A stretch of DNA of 64,000 nucleotides from Phycisphaerae bacterium. GTDB taxonomy: Bacteria > Planctomycetota > Phycisphaerae > UBA1845 > Fen-1342. This document shows positions 37,869-48,383 of the stretch, piece by piece. The notes beneath the pieces were generated by a model, which did not search any database, was not told where the DNA came from, and was given only the letters and a program-made list of their open reading frames with translations. Location of the stretch: assembly GCA_050115495.1 (NCBI GenBank), contig JASFQK010000012.1:1-64000 (forward strand), read 5' to 3'. How positions within the stretch are numbered: position 1 is the first letter of the stretch; each line of letters starts with the position of its first letter. The translations under genes were made by a program, and so were the position numbers.

Positions 37869-40691
37869 ATGAAGCTGAGGTTAAGCACCAAACTCATCGT
37901 CACGTACCTGGGCTGTGGCCTGATCCCGCTGGCCACCGTTGCCCTCGTCGGCTACGTGACCGCGAACAAGGGCATGGACGACATGACCGCGGAGGCGAAC
38001 ACGGGTCTCAAGTCCGCGGCCGGCAACCAGCTCACGGGCCTGCGGGACGTGAAGCGGGCGCAGGTCGAGTCGTATTTCAAGGCACGCGAGCGGGACCTGA
38101 ACGTGCTCACCGAGAACGTCCGGGCACTGATGCACGAGTCGTTCAACAAGTTGACCGCCGTGCAGGTGCCCAAGCGGATGGAGGTCGAGGAGTACTTCGT
38201 CGGGCTGCGCAAAGACATTCTGACGCTGGCCCAGAGCCACGATTTGCGCAGTGCGTTCGACGGCCTGCGCGACTACCACGAGGAAATGCACACCGGTGCG
38301 ACCGAGCCGTACGACGTCTCCACGGATGCATACAACGCGCTGTGGGAGAAGTACGACAAGTCGCTCGGTGCGTACGTGCGCATGAAGGGCTACCAGGATG
38401 TTCTGTTGATCTGCGGGCCCCACGGACACGTCATGTACTCTTCGGCGCGGGGGCGTGATATGGGCACCAACCTCAGCCACGGGCCGTACAAGGACGAGGG
38501 CCTGGCCCACCTCTGGCATGACGCCTGTGGGGCCAAGGACTTCACCGTCGAGGACTTCAGCGCCTACGCTCCGAGCGACGGAGAGCAGGCCGGGTTTGTC
38601 GGGGCGCCCCTGTTCGACGAAGCGCACGAGATGATTGGCCTGGTCGCGTTCCGCATCCCGGTCGCCGACCTGAACCGGATCGTCCAGCGCCGTGAGGGTC
38701 TTGGGACGTCCGGCGAGACGTATCTCGTCGGCCTCGATCACGGCAAGACGGCTTTCCGCAGCGACATGCTCACCATGGGTGACGGCAAGTACGTTGTGGG
38801 CGCAGAGATTCACACGGCCTACATCGACCGCATCCTGGAGAGCGGGCAGAGTTTCCAGGAAACGTACGTCGACAGTGCCGGCAATCCCGTCCTGGTCGTG
38901 GCCGAGCCCGTCGACGTGAAGGACCTGCACTGGGCCTGCATCACCAAGATGAGCCTCGAAGAGCAGATTGCCGCGAAGCTGCCCGGTGAGCAGGACGACC
39001 TTCTCACCAAGTACACCAAGCTCAACGGCTACTACGATCTGTTCCTCATCAACAGCCAGGGCTACTGCTTCTACAGCGTCGGCCACGAGGCCGACTACCA
39101 CACGAACTTCGCCAGCGGCCAGTACAAGGACAGCAACCTCGGCCGGCTCGTGCAGCAGGTGTCCCAGAGCGGCAAGTTCGGCTTCGCCGACTTCGAGCCG
39201 TACGCGCCCAGCAACGGCGACCCGGCGGCGTTCATCGCCGAACCCGTGGTGAATGATGGCCAGACCGACGTCATCGTCGCCCTGGAACTGTCGCTCGCCG
39301 ACATCAACGCCATGATGGCCATCCGGGACGGCATGGGCGAGACTGGCGAGACCATCCTGGTCGGCCCCGACTACCTGATGCGCTCCGACTCCTTCAGAGA
39401 TTCAGCCAGCCACAGCGTCAAGGCTTCGTTCGCCAACCCCGACAAGGGCAAGGTCTACACCAAGGCCACGCGGGCCGTTCACGAGCAGGGCCAGAAGGGG
39501 CTCCTGGAAGGCATGACCGACTACGTCGGGAACAAGACGATGATTGCCTACGCGCCCGTGGAGGTCTTCGACCGCAAGTGGTGCCTCAATGCCAAGGTTG
39601 ACGAGGCCGAAGCCCTGGCTGCCGTGGTCCACGCGGAGCAGACGGCGCACACCGCCGGCGCCACGCTCGTGACCCTGATGCTGGTCTGCGCCGGCGTAGT
39701 CGCCACGCTGGTGACGATCCTCAGCTTGTACGTGACTCGGTCGATCAACAAGCCGATCAGCGGTGCCATTCGGCAACTCTCGGAGGGCGCCCTGGAGGTG
39801 ACCGAGGCGTCCACCCAGGTCGCCAGCGCCTCACAGCAATTGGCCGAATCGGCCAGCGAGCAGGCCTCGTCACTCCAGGAGACGTCCGCCGCCCTGGAGG
39901 AAGTCTCCGCCATGACCCGCTCCAACGCGGAGCACGCCAAGCAGGCCAACACCCTCAGCGGTCAGGCCCGCGCCGCCGCTGAGGAAGGCGACCAGACCAT
40001 GCACCGGCTCAATGACGCCATGGGTGGCATCAACGAGTCGTCCAGCAGGATCAGCAAGATCATCAAGGTCATCGAGGAGATCGCCTTCCAGACAAACCTG
40101 CTGGCGCTGAATGCGGCGGTCGAGGCGGCTCGGGCCGGCGAGCACGGCAAGGGCTTCGCCGTCGTGGCCGAGGAAGTTCGCAACCTCGCCCAGCGCGCCG
40201 CCGGCGCCGCCCGCGAGACGACCTCCCTCATCGAGGAATCGGTCGAGCGCGCCCAGGAAGGCGTGACCGTTGCGCACGATGTCGGTGAGGCCCTCTCCCG
40301 CATCGTCGCCGACGTCGCCCAGGTCACCGAGCTGGTCAACGGCATCGCCCAGGCCAGCAACGAACAGGCCGAGGGTGTGAGCCAAGTCAACACCGCCGTA
40401 TCGCAGATGGACAAGCTGACGCAGTCCGCCGCCGCCGGCGCCGAGCAATCCGCCGCCGCGGCCGAAGAGCTGTCCGCCCAGGCCAACACGGTCAATTCCG
40501 TCGTCGACGGGCTGGCTCGCCTGGTCGGCGGCGGAGGCGTGAGTGCCCACACGACGCCCGCGCTGACCAAGTACGCACCGGCCAGGACCAAGGCAGCCGC
40601 GCCGGCGACATCGCCCAAACGGCCTCCCGCCTCGCCCGCCCCAATGCCCCCGTCGGGCGGCTGTGCAGACGATACTCTCGCTAACTTCTAG
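37869..40691 (+). CDS. Methyl-accepting chemotaxis protein with double Cache-like sensor
   Basis: Two TMs; GYxDxxLI / GxxGETYLVG Cache motifs twice; [37 protein letters not shown]. Confidence 0.95.
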   Translation: MKLRLSTKLIVTYLGCGLIPLATVALVGYVTANKGMDDMTAEANTGLKSAAGNQLTGLRDVKRAQVESYFKARERDLNVLTENVRALMHESFNKLTAVQVPKRMEVEEYFVGLRKDILTLAQSHDLRSAFDGLRDYHEEMHTGATEPYDVSTDAYNALWEKYDKSLGAYVRMKGYQDVLLICGPHGHVMYSSARGRDMGTNLSHGPYKDEGLAHLWHDACGAKDFTVEDFSAYAPSDGEQAGFVGAPLFDEAHEMIGLVAFRIPVADLNRIVQRREGLGTSGETYLVGLDHGKTAFRSDMLTMGDGKYVVGAEIHTAYIDRILESGQSFQETYVDSAGNPVLVVAEPVDVKDLHWACITKMSLEEQIAAKLPGEQDDLLTKYTKLNGYYDLFLINSQGYCFYSVGHEADYHTNFASGQYKDSNLGRLVQQVSQSGKFGFADFEPYAPSNGDPAAFIAEPVVNDGQTDVIVALELSLADINAMMAIRDGMGETGETILVGPDYLMRSDSFRDSASHSVKASFANPDKGKVYTKATRAVHEQGQKGLLEGMTDYVGNKTMIAYAPVEVFDRKWCLNAKVDEAEALAAVVHAEQTAHTAGATLVTLMLVCAGVVATLVTILSLYVTRSINKPISGAIRQLSEGALEVTEASTQVASASQQLAESASEQASSLQETSAALEEVSAMTRSNAEHAKQANTLSGQARAAAEEGDQTMHRLNDAMGGINESSSRISKIIKVIEEIAFQTNLLALNAAVEAARAGEHGKGFAVVAEEVRNLAQRAAGAARETTSLIEESVERAQEGVTVAHDVGEALSRIVADVAQVTELVNGIAQASNEQAEGVSQVNTAVSQMDKLTQSAAAGAEQSAAAAEELSAQANTVNSVVDGLARLVGGGGVSAHTTPALTKYAPARTKAAAPATSPKRPPASPAPMPPSGGCADDTLANF

Positions 40692-40705
40692 GTGTTCACC
40701 CGCAC

Positions 40706-40740
40706 GGCGAGCGGGGCGTCGCGTGACGCTCCCGCTCGCC
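40706..40740 (+). terminator. GC-rich hairpin after MCP1
   Basis: GGCGAGCGGG...CCCGCTCGCC stem 15 nt after the stop; no U-tract. Confidence 0.5.
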
Positions 40741-41052
40741 ACTCACTCCCTCTGTCAGCGCCGGCCCGTCTCCCCCGCCACACCTCACGGCATAGCGCAC
40801 GAGCAGCCAACTGAAGACGGCAGATCGGACTCGCCGCCGTTTTGTTAAGACCTGCGCGTTGGCGCGGTCACGATTCACAGGGTCCAGGGGGGATTACAGA
40901 GCGCACATACCGGATTTACGAAACTCCCGGTTGCCGGGAACCGATTCTCAGCCGGGGAGTGTTCGCCGAGGCGGTGTCGAAGTACTGCGCGAGCCACACA
41001 AGCCGTGACATCGCCGCTATGTCGCCCGATAACTAGATCCGGAGTGCACGCC

Positions 41053-44000
41053 ATGAGATTGGGTACCAAGCTCGTGTCCGCTTTTCTGGGCTGCGGCCTG
41101 CTCCCTGTGGCCATCGTCGCCGTCGTGAGTTATCGCACCGCCGACAACGGCATGCACGCCATCACGCAGGAGTCCGGCACGGCGCTGAACGCGGCGGCGT
41201 TCAACCAGCTCACCGCCCTGCGTGACGTGAAGAAGGCCCAGGTCGAGAGCTACTTCGCCCAACGGCACCGTGACCTGGCCGGCCTGGTGGAGACTGTCGG
41301 TACGCTCCGGCAGGAGGCGTTCAGCAAGCTGCAGGCCAATCGCGACGTGAAGCGGGCCGCCGTCGAGCGCTACTTCCAGTCCATCCATGACCAGATCCTC
41401 ACCTTCTCCGAGGACCAGATGGTCATCGACGCCATGCGCGAACTGCGGCAGGACTTCCGCAAGTTCCGCGACGAGAACCACGTCACCGCAGAGACGCTTC
41501 AGAAACAGAAGGAGGAGCTGCGCACCTACTACGCGGGCGAGTTCACCGCCGAGTATCGCAACCAGAACGGCGGCCAGACGCCCGACATGGATTCGTACTT
41601 CTCCAAGCTGGACGACGACTCGATCGCCCTGCAACACGCGTACATCCGCGCCAACAGCAACCCGCTGGGCTCGAAGCACCGTCTCGACCGGGCCGAGGAC
41701 GAGTCGAGCTACAGCAGGCTGCACGGCCGGCTGCACCCGATCGTCCGCAAGTACCTGGAGAAGTTCGGCTACTACGACATCTTCCTGGTCGATCCGGATA
41801 CGGGCGACATCGTTTACACCGTCTTCAAGGAGCTGGACTTCAGCACGTCGCTGCTGGACGGGCCGAACGCCGGGACGAACTTCGGCGAGGCCTTCCGGGC
41901 CGCCAACGCGGCGACGGACCGGGACGCCGTCGTGCTGGTGGACTACAAGCAGTACCTGCCGTCGTACGAGGCGCCGGCCAGCTTCATCGCCTCGCCGATC
42001 TATGACGGCGACGAGAAGATCGGCGTGGCCATGTTCCAGATGCCTATCGATCGGTTGAACACGATCATGGGCGAGCGCTCCGGGCTGGGTGAGACCGGCG
42101 AGACGTACCTGGTCGGCCCCGACAAGCTGATGCGCTCGGACTCGTACCTCGATCCGCAGCACCGCAACGTCGTGTCCGCGTTCCGCCAGCCGGAGACGGG
42201 AAAGATCGACACCGGCTCCACCGCCCGCGGTCTGGCCGGTGAGTCGGGCATGCAACTGCTCACGAGCTACACGGGCCACCCGGTGCTGAGCGCCTACTGC
42301 CCGGTCAAGGTCGGCGACTTCACCTGGACGCTGGTGGCCGAGATCGACGTGACCGAGGCCTTCTGCCCGAAGAGCGAGAGCGGCGAGCAGTACTACAAGA
42401 AGTACATCGAGATGTGCGGGTACTATGACCTGTTCCTGCTCAACCCGGACGGCTACTGCTTCTATACTGTCTGCCACGAGTCCGACTACCAGACCAACCT
42501 CGTGAATGGTCCGTACGCCCAGACGGGCCTGGGCGAGGTCTTCCGGCAGGTGCTCAAGAGTGGGCAGTTCGGCTTCGCCGACTTCGAGCCGTACGCACCC
42601 AGCAACGGCGATCCGGCGGCGTTCATCGCCCAGCCGGTCGTGCACGAGGGGGATACGGAGGTCGTCGTGGCCCTGCAACTGCCGCTCGAAGGCATCAACA
42701 ACATCATGTCGTTGCGCAGCGGCATGGGCGAAACCGGGGAGACGTACCTGGTGGGGCCTGACAAGCTGATGCGTTCGGACTCGTACCTCGATCCGACGGG
42801 GCATTCCGTCGTCGCCTCGTTCAAGGACCCGAGCAAGGGGGCCGTGGACACCGAGGCTGCGCGGGCCGCCCTGAACAGCCAGACCGACACCAAGGTCGCC
42901 ACGGACTACACCGGGAAGCGCGTGCTGAGCGCCTACGCGCCGGTGGACGTGTTCGGCACGCGGTGGGCGCTGCTGGCCGAGATCGACGAGGCGGAAGCGC
43001 TGGCGGCCGTCCAGCACGCCGGACAGGTTTCGAAGTCGGCCGGCACGACGCTGCTGGTCTGGGTCGGTGCCTGTGTCGGGCTGGCCGTGATCGCGGTGAC
43101 GCTCATCAGTCTCTTCGTCGCCCGCTCGATCAGCAAGCCGATCAACCGCGCCATCCAGCAGCTCTCGGAAGGTGCGTCGCAGGTTACCGAAGCCTCCTCA
43201 CAGGTGGCCTCCACGTCGCAGCAACTGGCCCACGGTGCCGGCGAGCAGGCGTCATCGCTGGAGGAGACCTCCGCCGCGCTCGAAGAGGTGGCCGCGATGA
43301 CCCGCACCAACGCGGAGAACGCCCGCCAGGCCAACGACCTGAGCGATCAGGCCCGCGGTGCCGCCCAGGAAGGCGACCAGACCATGAGCCGGCTGAATGA
43401 CGCTATGAGTGCCATCAACGAGTCGTCCGACAAGATCAGCAAGATCATCAAGGTCATCGAGGAGATCGCTTTCCAGACGAACCTGCTGGCGCTCAACGCG
43501 GCGGTCGAGGCCGCCCGGGCCGGGGAGCACGGCAAGGGCTTTGCCGTCGTGGCCGAGGAGGTTCGCAACCTCGCCCAGCGTGCTGCCGGCGCTGCGCGTG
43601 AGACCACCGGCCTGATCGAAGAGTCCGTCGACCGCGCTCAGGAAGGCGCGGGTGTCGCCCGGGATGTGGGCGCGGCCCTCTCCCGCATCGTCACGGACGT
43701 GGCCAAAGTGACGGACATCATCAACGGCATCGCCCAGGCCAGCAACGAGCAGGCCCAGGGTGTCGAGCAGGTCAACGGTGCCGTTTCGCAGATGGACAAG
43801 GTCACGCAGTCGAACGCCGCCGCCGCCGAAGAGGCCGCCGCTGCCGCGCAGCAGCTTTCCGCCCAGGCGAATGCGGTGAACGCTGTTGTGAGCGGTCTGG
43901 CTCGCGTGGTCGGCGGCGAGATCCGTTCCGCCGACAACGCCGACAAGCCCGCGCCGCCTGCCGAGGCGACGCGTGCCCAGGCGGAGCGGCGCCCTGCTCA

Positions 44001-44070
44001 GCCTGCTCCGCAGCAGCGGCGGCCGGCCGTCCGCGACTACACGGTCGACGATGACGTCACCGGCTTCTAG
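41053..44070 (+). CDS. Methyl-accepting chemotaxis protein, tandem paralog
   Basis: Same architecture; ATG at 41053 after [24 protein letters not shown] twice. Confidence 0.95.
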   Translation: MRLGTKLVSAFLGCGLLPVAIVAVVSYRTADNGMHAITQESGTALNAAAFNQLTALRDVKKAQVESYFAQRHRDLAGLVETVGTLRQEAFSKLQANRDVKRAAVERYFQSIHDQILTFSEDQMVIDAMRELRQDFRKFRDENHVTAETLQKQKEELRTYYAGEFTAEYRNQNGGQTPDMDSYFSKLDDDSIALQHAYIRANSNPLGSKHRLDRAEDESSYSRLHGRLHPIVRKYLEKFGYYDIFLVDPDTGDIVYTVFKELDFSTSLLDGPNAGTNFGEAFRAANAATDRDAVVLVDYKQYLPSYEAPASFIASPIYDGDEKIGVAMFQMPIDRLNTIMGERSGLGETGETYLVGPDKLMRSDSYLDPQHRNVVSAFRQPETGKIDTGSTARGLAGESGMQLLTSYTGHPVLSAYCPVKVGDFTWTLVAEIDVTEAFCPKSESGEQYYKKYIEMCGYYDLFLLNPDGYCFYTVCHESDYQTNLVNGPYAQTGLGEVFRQVLKSGQFGFADFEPYAPSNGDPAAFIAQPVVHEGDTEVVVALQLPLEGINNIMSLRSGMGETGETYLVGPDKLMRSDSYLDPTGHSVVASFKDPSKGAVDTEAARAALNSQTDTKVATDYTGKRVLSAYAPVDVFGTRWALLAEIDEAEALAAVQHAGQVSKSAGTTLLVWVGACVGLAVIAVTLISLFVARSISKPINRAIQQLSEGASQVTEASSQVASTSQQLAHGAGEQASSLEETSAALEEVAAMTRTNAENARQANDLSDQARGAAQEGDQTMSRLNDAMSAINESSDKISKIIKVIEEIAFQTNLLALNAAVEAARAGEHGKGFAVVAEEVRNLAQRAAGAARETTGLIEESVDRAQEGAGVARDVGAALSRIVTDVAKVTDIINGIAQASNEQAQGVEQVNGAVSQMDKVTQSNAAAAEEAAAAAQQLSAQANAVNAVVSGLARVVGGEIRSADNADKPAPPAEATRAQAERRPAQPAPQQRRPAVRDYTVDDDVTGF

Positions 44071-44082
44071 CTGACCAGCCAA

Positions 44083-44122
44083 CCGGCGAGCGGGTGTGCG
44101 CTCCGACGCGCCCGCTCGCCGG
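44083..44122 (+). terminator. GC-rich hairpin after MCP2 (same stem as 40706-40740)
   Basis: CCGGCGAGCGGG...CCCGCTCGCCGG. Confidence 0.5.
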
Positions 44123-44305
44123 CGGCCCAGGTTTCGCGCCGACCGCCCCCGTCCGTCCTGACCACATCCGTCCCTCCCCTGCTTCCGCCGGCGTTGCGGC
44201 CACGGTAGCATCCTGTTTGCCCTGTGTGTCCAGGCGTCTGGGCCCGCATGCAGTTCCCCCGCGCGGCGCCGGTCCTGGTTTCAGCGGGGGCTCTGAGGTC
44301 AGCGC

Positions 44306-45049
44306 ATGGACTTCCGCAATTGCTATGAGGATGACGCGTACGCCGCTTCCTACGCCCGGCTCGAATTCCCCGGCACGTACTACCTCGCCTTCCGCGATCT
44401 GCCCGAGCTGTTCAGCCGACACGCCCGCGGCGGGCGGGCGCTCGACTTCGGCTGCGGCACGGGACGCTCGACACGTTTTCTCGTACGGCACGGCTTCGAT
44501 GCGCTCGGCGTCGACATCTCGCCCGGTATGGTGGAGCGGGCGCGGACCATCGACGCCGCCGGCGATTACCGCCTCATCACCGACGGTGACCTGAGCCAGT
44601 TCCCCGAGGCATCCTTCGACCTGATTCTGTCGGCGTTCACGTTCGACAACGTGCCCACCCGCGAGCGCAAAGTGGCGCTGTTTGGCGCCCTGTGTCGCCT
44701 GCTGCGCCCTTCTGGCCGGCTGATCAACCTCGTCTCGTCGCCGGAGATCTACTGGCACGAGTGGGCGTCGTTCAGCACGAAGGACTTTCCGGAGAATCGA
44801 CAGGCCCAATGCGGCGACGAAGTGCGGATCGTCGTCACCGCCCTGGACGATCATCGGCCAGCGGTGGACGTTCTGTGGCCAGAGGACGCGTATCGCGACG
44901 TGTACGCCGCCGCCGGCCTGGAGGTCGTGGACGTGCATCGCCCGCTGGGCCGCCCGGACGAGCCGCACGCCTGGGTGAGCGAGACGACGACGGCCCCGTG
45001 GACGATCTACGTTCTCGGCCCGGCGGCGGGTTCGCACGCCGTCGACTGA
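44306..45049 (+). CDS. Class I SAM-dependent methyltransferase
   Basis: ALDFGCGTGRS, GVDISPGM, SFDLI, LLRPSG. Confidence 0.92.
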   Translation: MDFRNCYEDDAYAASYARLEFPGTYYLAFRDLPELFSRHARGGRALDFGCGTGRSTRFLVRHGFDALGVDISPGMVERARTIDAAGDYRLITDGDLSQFPEASFDLILSAFTFDNVPTRERKVALFGALCRLLRPSGRLINLVSSPEIYWHEWASFSTKDFPENRQAQCGDEVRIVVTALDDHRPAVDVLWPEDAYRDVYAAAGLEVVDVHRPLGRPDEPHAWVSETTTAPWTIYVLGPAAGSHAVD

Positions 45050-45089
45050 GCGAATCCGCTGGTCGCGTGGCAAGTGGAGTACTGCGCAG

Positions 45090-45512
45090 ATGGACGAGCC
45101 CCTCTTCCCCGACAAGTCGCATAAGCCGACCGACGCTGATCTTCAAGCTGTCCTCGGCGCGGCCAAGCGCCACTGGGATAGCCTGACAGCGCACGCGCTC
45201 GAAGCCGATCCGGCGGCGGTGCCCGAGTGGAAGTACTACATGAAGAAGACCGGCTGGACGTTTCTCCTGCGGGGCAAACGTCGGAACTTGCTGTACATGC
45301 GTCCTGTCGCCAAGGGGCGGTTCAACGTGACGTTCGTCTTCGGCGACAAGGCCGCGAAAGCCGCCGAGGAATCCGACCTGCCCGAGCACGTCGTCGAGGA
45401 AATCCGCCAGTCGCCGAAGTACCCCGAAGGCCGCGCCGCCCGCGTCGAAGTGAAGACCGCCGCCGACCCGAAGATCGCCCGGCAGCTTCTGGCGATCAAG
45501 CTGGCGCACTGA
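45090..45512 (+). CDS. DUF3788-family protein
   Basis: EWKYYMKKTGW, KRRNLLY, FVFGDKA, KYPEGR. Confidence 0.8.
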   Translation: MDEPLFPDKSHKPTDADLQAVLGAAKRHWDSLTAHALEADPAAVPEWKYYMKKTGWTFLLRGKRRNLLYMRPVAKGRFNVTFVFGDKAAKAAEESDLPEHVVEEIRQSPKYPEGRAARVEVKTAADPKIARQLLAIKLAH

Positions 45513-45540
45513 TCGGGTTGGGTGCGACGCGTCGCCAGGC

Positions 45541-47211
45541 TCAGCCATCGGGCGCAGCGTGTGCCGTGCCTCTGAGCACCTTGCGAACGGCCCGGGCCAT
45601 GTGCAGGCCGACCTGGTCCTCCTCGTCGACCACGATTGGGGCGCCAGCCACCATCAGCTCCCAGCGATATACGTGATAGCGTGCCCGGGCGATGATCGTC
45701 GCCTCCGGAGCAATGGCGCGGACCTGCTCGATTACCTGCCGGGCTCCCGCCGGGTCCGGCAGCGTCACCGCCACGGCCAGCGCAGCCTCGACGCCCAGAT
45801 GCTCCAGCACCTCTCGTTGCGTCGCGTCGCCGATGTGCGTCGGCAATCCGTAGCTGCGGGCGACGGCCGCTGATTTCCGGTTCAACTCGACTATGACCAG
45901 CAGCGACTTGTACCGCGGCAGCAGCGCCTCGGTAATACGCCGCCCGGCGGGCCCGAAGCCGACGATGATGACGTGGCCGCGCAATCGCCCTGCCGTTTCT
46001 CCCTCAGTGGATAGCGTTTGCCCGACTACGGCCAAGCGGCGACCCACGGCTGTCGCCAGTCGTGGCGCAGCGGCCACCAGGTACGGCGTGAGGAAGAGCG
46101 TCGCGATCGTCGCCGCCACGAGGAGGTCGAAGAGCCCGCCGTCAATCACGCGTCCCTGGCGTGCCACTTCCGCCAGCACGAACGAGAACTCGCCCACCTG
46201 GGCCAGGCAGACGCCGGTAGCCACGGCATGTCCCGGCGGACAGCGGAACAGCCACACCACACCGGCGGCCACCATCGCCTTGCCCGCCACGATGGCCACC
46301 ACGACCGGAACCACCGTCGTCCAGTGGGTCAACGCCCACGCCGGGTTGCTCAGCATGCCGATCGAGCTGAAGAACAGCGTTACGAAGAGCGTGCGGATCG
46401 ACGCGACGTCGGCGCGGATCTGCGTAGCAAACGGCGATTCCGCGAGGAGCAGGCCGGCGACGAACGCTCCCAGCGCCGGCGACAGCCCCAGCTCGTGCGA
46501 CGTCCACGCCGCTCCGACCGCGGTTACGATCGCCAGCAGGATCGGCAGGTCGCGGTTCCGCGCCGCTGCCGACGTGCCCAGCAGTGGCGGGACGACGTAG
46601 TTCAGCACGACGAACAACCCGGCGCCCAGGAGTCCGCCCAGGCCGACCGCGCGGCCCAGCTCCCAGCCGACGCTCAGCGGCGACGCCGCCCCCTCTCGGG
46701 CGAGTGCCGTCACCACGAGCACGAGCGGCACGACCGCCATGTCCTGCACTAGCAGGATGCCCAGGGCGCTCCGGCCATGCAGGCCGTCGATTTCCGCACG
46801 CCGTGCCAGCAGGCGCAGCACGCACGCGGTGCTGCTCAGCGCGATCATCGCTCCGATCGCGACCGCCGACCGCCCACCTAGGCCCAGTGCCAGGCACGCT
46901 CCGGCGGCCAGCCCGCCCGTGAGCAGCACCTGCGCGGTTCCGCCACCGAAGGCGATCGCTCCGATACGCCGCAGCCGGCGCCACGAGAACTCCAGTCCGA
47001 TCGTGAACAAGAGCAGGGCGACGCCGAGCTCGGCGATGGCCGCGACGGACTTATGGCTGGGCATGAGGTCCAGAGCGTTGGGACCGAGAAGCGTCCCCGC
47101 GAGCAGGTAGCCGAGTATGGCACTCTGCCGCAGCCGCTCGCACAGCGCGCCGAGCAACGTCGCCGCCGCGAGGAGGATGAGCACATCCAGGAGTGCCGTC
47201 CACAGATCCAC
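45541..47211 (-). CDS. Cation:proton antiporter (CPA2/Kef-type) with TrkA-N domain
   Basis: AELGVALLLFTIGLE, ALSSTA, LLVQD, LGAFVAG, QVGEFSFV, IIVGFGPAG; GTG start at 47211 after GGAG. Confidence 0.92.
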   Translation of the reverse strand: MDLWTALLDVLILLAAATLLGALCERLRQSAILGYLLAGTLLGPNALDLMPSHKSVAAIAELGVALLLFTIGLEFSWRRLRRIGAIAFGGGTAQVLLTGGLAAGACLALGLGGRSAVAIGAMIALSSTACVLRLLARRAEIDGLHGRSALGILLVQDMAVVPLVLVVTALAREGAASPLSVGWELGRAVGLGGLLGAGLFVVLNYVVPPLLGTSAAARNRDLPILLAIVTAVGAAWTSHELGLSPALGAFVAGLLLAESPFATQIRADVASIRTLFVTLFFSSIGMLSNPAWALTHWTTVVPVVVAIVAGKAMVAAGVVWLFRCPPGHAVATGVCLAQVGEFSFVLAEVARQGRVIDGGLFDLLVAATIATLFLTPYLVAAAPRLATAVGRRLAVVGQTLSTEGETAGRLRGHVIIVGFGPAGRRITEALLPRYKSLLVIVELNRKSAAVARSYGLPTHIGDATQREVLEHLGVEAALAVAVTLPDPAGARQVIEQVRAIAPEATIIARARYHVYRWELMVAGAPIVVDEEDQVGLHMARAVRKVLRGTAHAAPDG

Positions 47212-47351
47212 GTGTGTCTCCGCCACACTGTGTCGGCTACCGTCGTCGCACGCCAACTGGCGCACAGTGCTACCATCAAACGACGCGGGGGGCAATCACG
47301 GCGCTGCCAACGCGGACCGCCCACAGCCGCCGGCGGCTATAATCGTGCACC

Positions 47352-48344
47352 ATGTCGCACCGGAACCGACTCACGTTCGGTCTCATCGTTGTGCTGCTGC
47401 TGTCGGCGATCGCGGGCTGTCTGCGACCGGTCGGCTGTCCGGACGGTGGCGCGGTCGCCGATTCGATGACAGTAACGCCGACCGTCGAGCCTTATGTCGG
47501 TCGGGGCGACCCGTATGCCCCCGGGTCGCTGGCCGTGCGGACGGTCAATTTGGACTGCTGTGTGATCGGTGTTCCCGTCCCGCTGCTGATCTATGCTCCG
47601 GAGACGCCCGGCGCGTATCCGATTGTGGTGTTCTTTCATGGCTTTCTGTCGCGGAATGTTGCCTATAGCGAGATTCTGCGCCACGTTGCCAGCCACGGCT
47701 TCGTCGTGGTCGCCCCGCAGATGTACGAGCCCGGCCTGCCGGCTCTGCTGGGCAATCCGTCGGCTGCCGAGGAAGCCGATGTGGCCGGCGAGTTGCTGGA
47801 AGCGCTGCCCGGGCGGTTCGATACGCTGCTCGGCTATGCCCCCGCCGGCGACCGGGTCGGTCTGGCCGGTCACTCTCGCGGCGGAAAGGTGGCCTGGCTC
47901 GTGCTGACCGCCGACGCGTCGCGTGCCCGGGCCGTTGCCGGCGTCGATCTGGTCGACGGTACCGGCGGCCCGCTCGGGAACCAGGCCCGTGTCGTGCAGG
48001 GTCCGTTCGCCTTCAGCCTGCCCGCGCTCGTCATCGGCACTGGCCTCGGCGGAGACTGCGCCCCCGTCGGCGACAATCACGAGCAGTTCTACGCCGCGAG
48101 TGCGTCGCCGGCGTGGCACATCGTCGTGCCGGATCACGGCCACGGGGACATGCTGGACGAGGACGCTGCGGCCGCCGCCGGCGTGCCCTGCTCCACCGGC
48201 CCAAACCGCGCCGCGATGCGCCAGCTCACCGCCGGCCTGCTGACCGCCTTCTTCCGCGCCAGCCTCCAGGGCGATGCGACCGCCTATGACTACCTCACCG
48301 ACACCGACGCGGCGCCGCTGGCGATCGAAGTCGAAAGCAAGTAG
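47352..48344 (+). CDS. Chlorophyllase-family alpha/beta hydrolase, lipoprotein
   Basis: LSAIAGC lipobox; YPIVVFFHGF, HVASHGFVVVAPQ, GHSRGGK, VDLVDG, CAPVGDNH, GHGDMLD. Confidence 0.85.
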   Translation: MSHRNRLTFGLIVVLLLSAIAGCLRPVGCPDGGAVADSMTVTPTVEPYVGRGDPYAPGSLAVRTVNLDCCVIGVPVPLLIYAPETPGAYPIVVFFHGFLSRNVAYSEILRHVASHGFVVVAPQMYEPGLPALLGNPSAAEEADVAGELLEALPGRFDTLLGYAPAGDRVGLAGHSRGGKVAWLVLTADASRARAVAGVDLVDGTGGPLGNQARVVQGPFAFSLPALVIGTGLGGDCAPVGDNHEQFYAASASPAWHIVVPDHGHGDMLDEDAAAAAGVPCSTGPNRAAMRQLTAGLLTAFFRASLQGDATAYDYLTDTDAAPLAIEVESK

Positions 48345-48383
48345 CCCCCTGTCCCCGGACCCTGCCCCGGTGGCGAACGGGTG

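Noticed and set aside
41017..43017. Long antisense/alternative-frame ORFs (e.g. 41017-43017, 3645-4940, 13842-15167, 56562-57986)
   Set aside because: Shadows of well-supported genes, expected from high-GC codon bias; no recognisable motifs.
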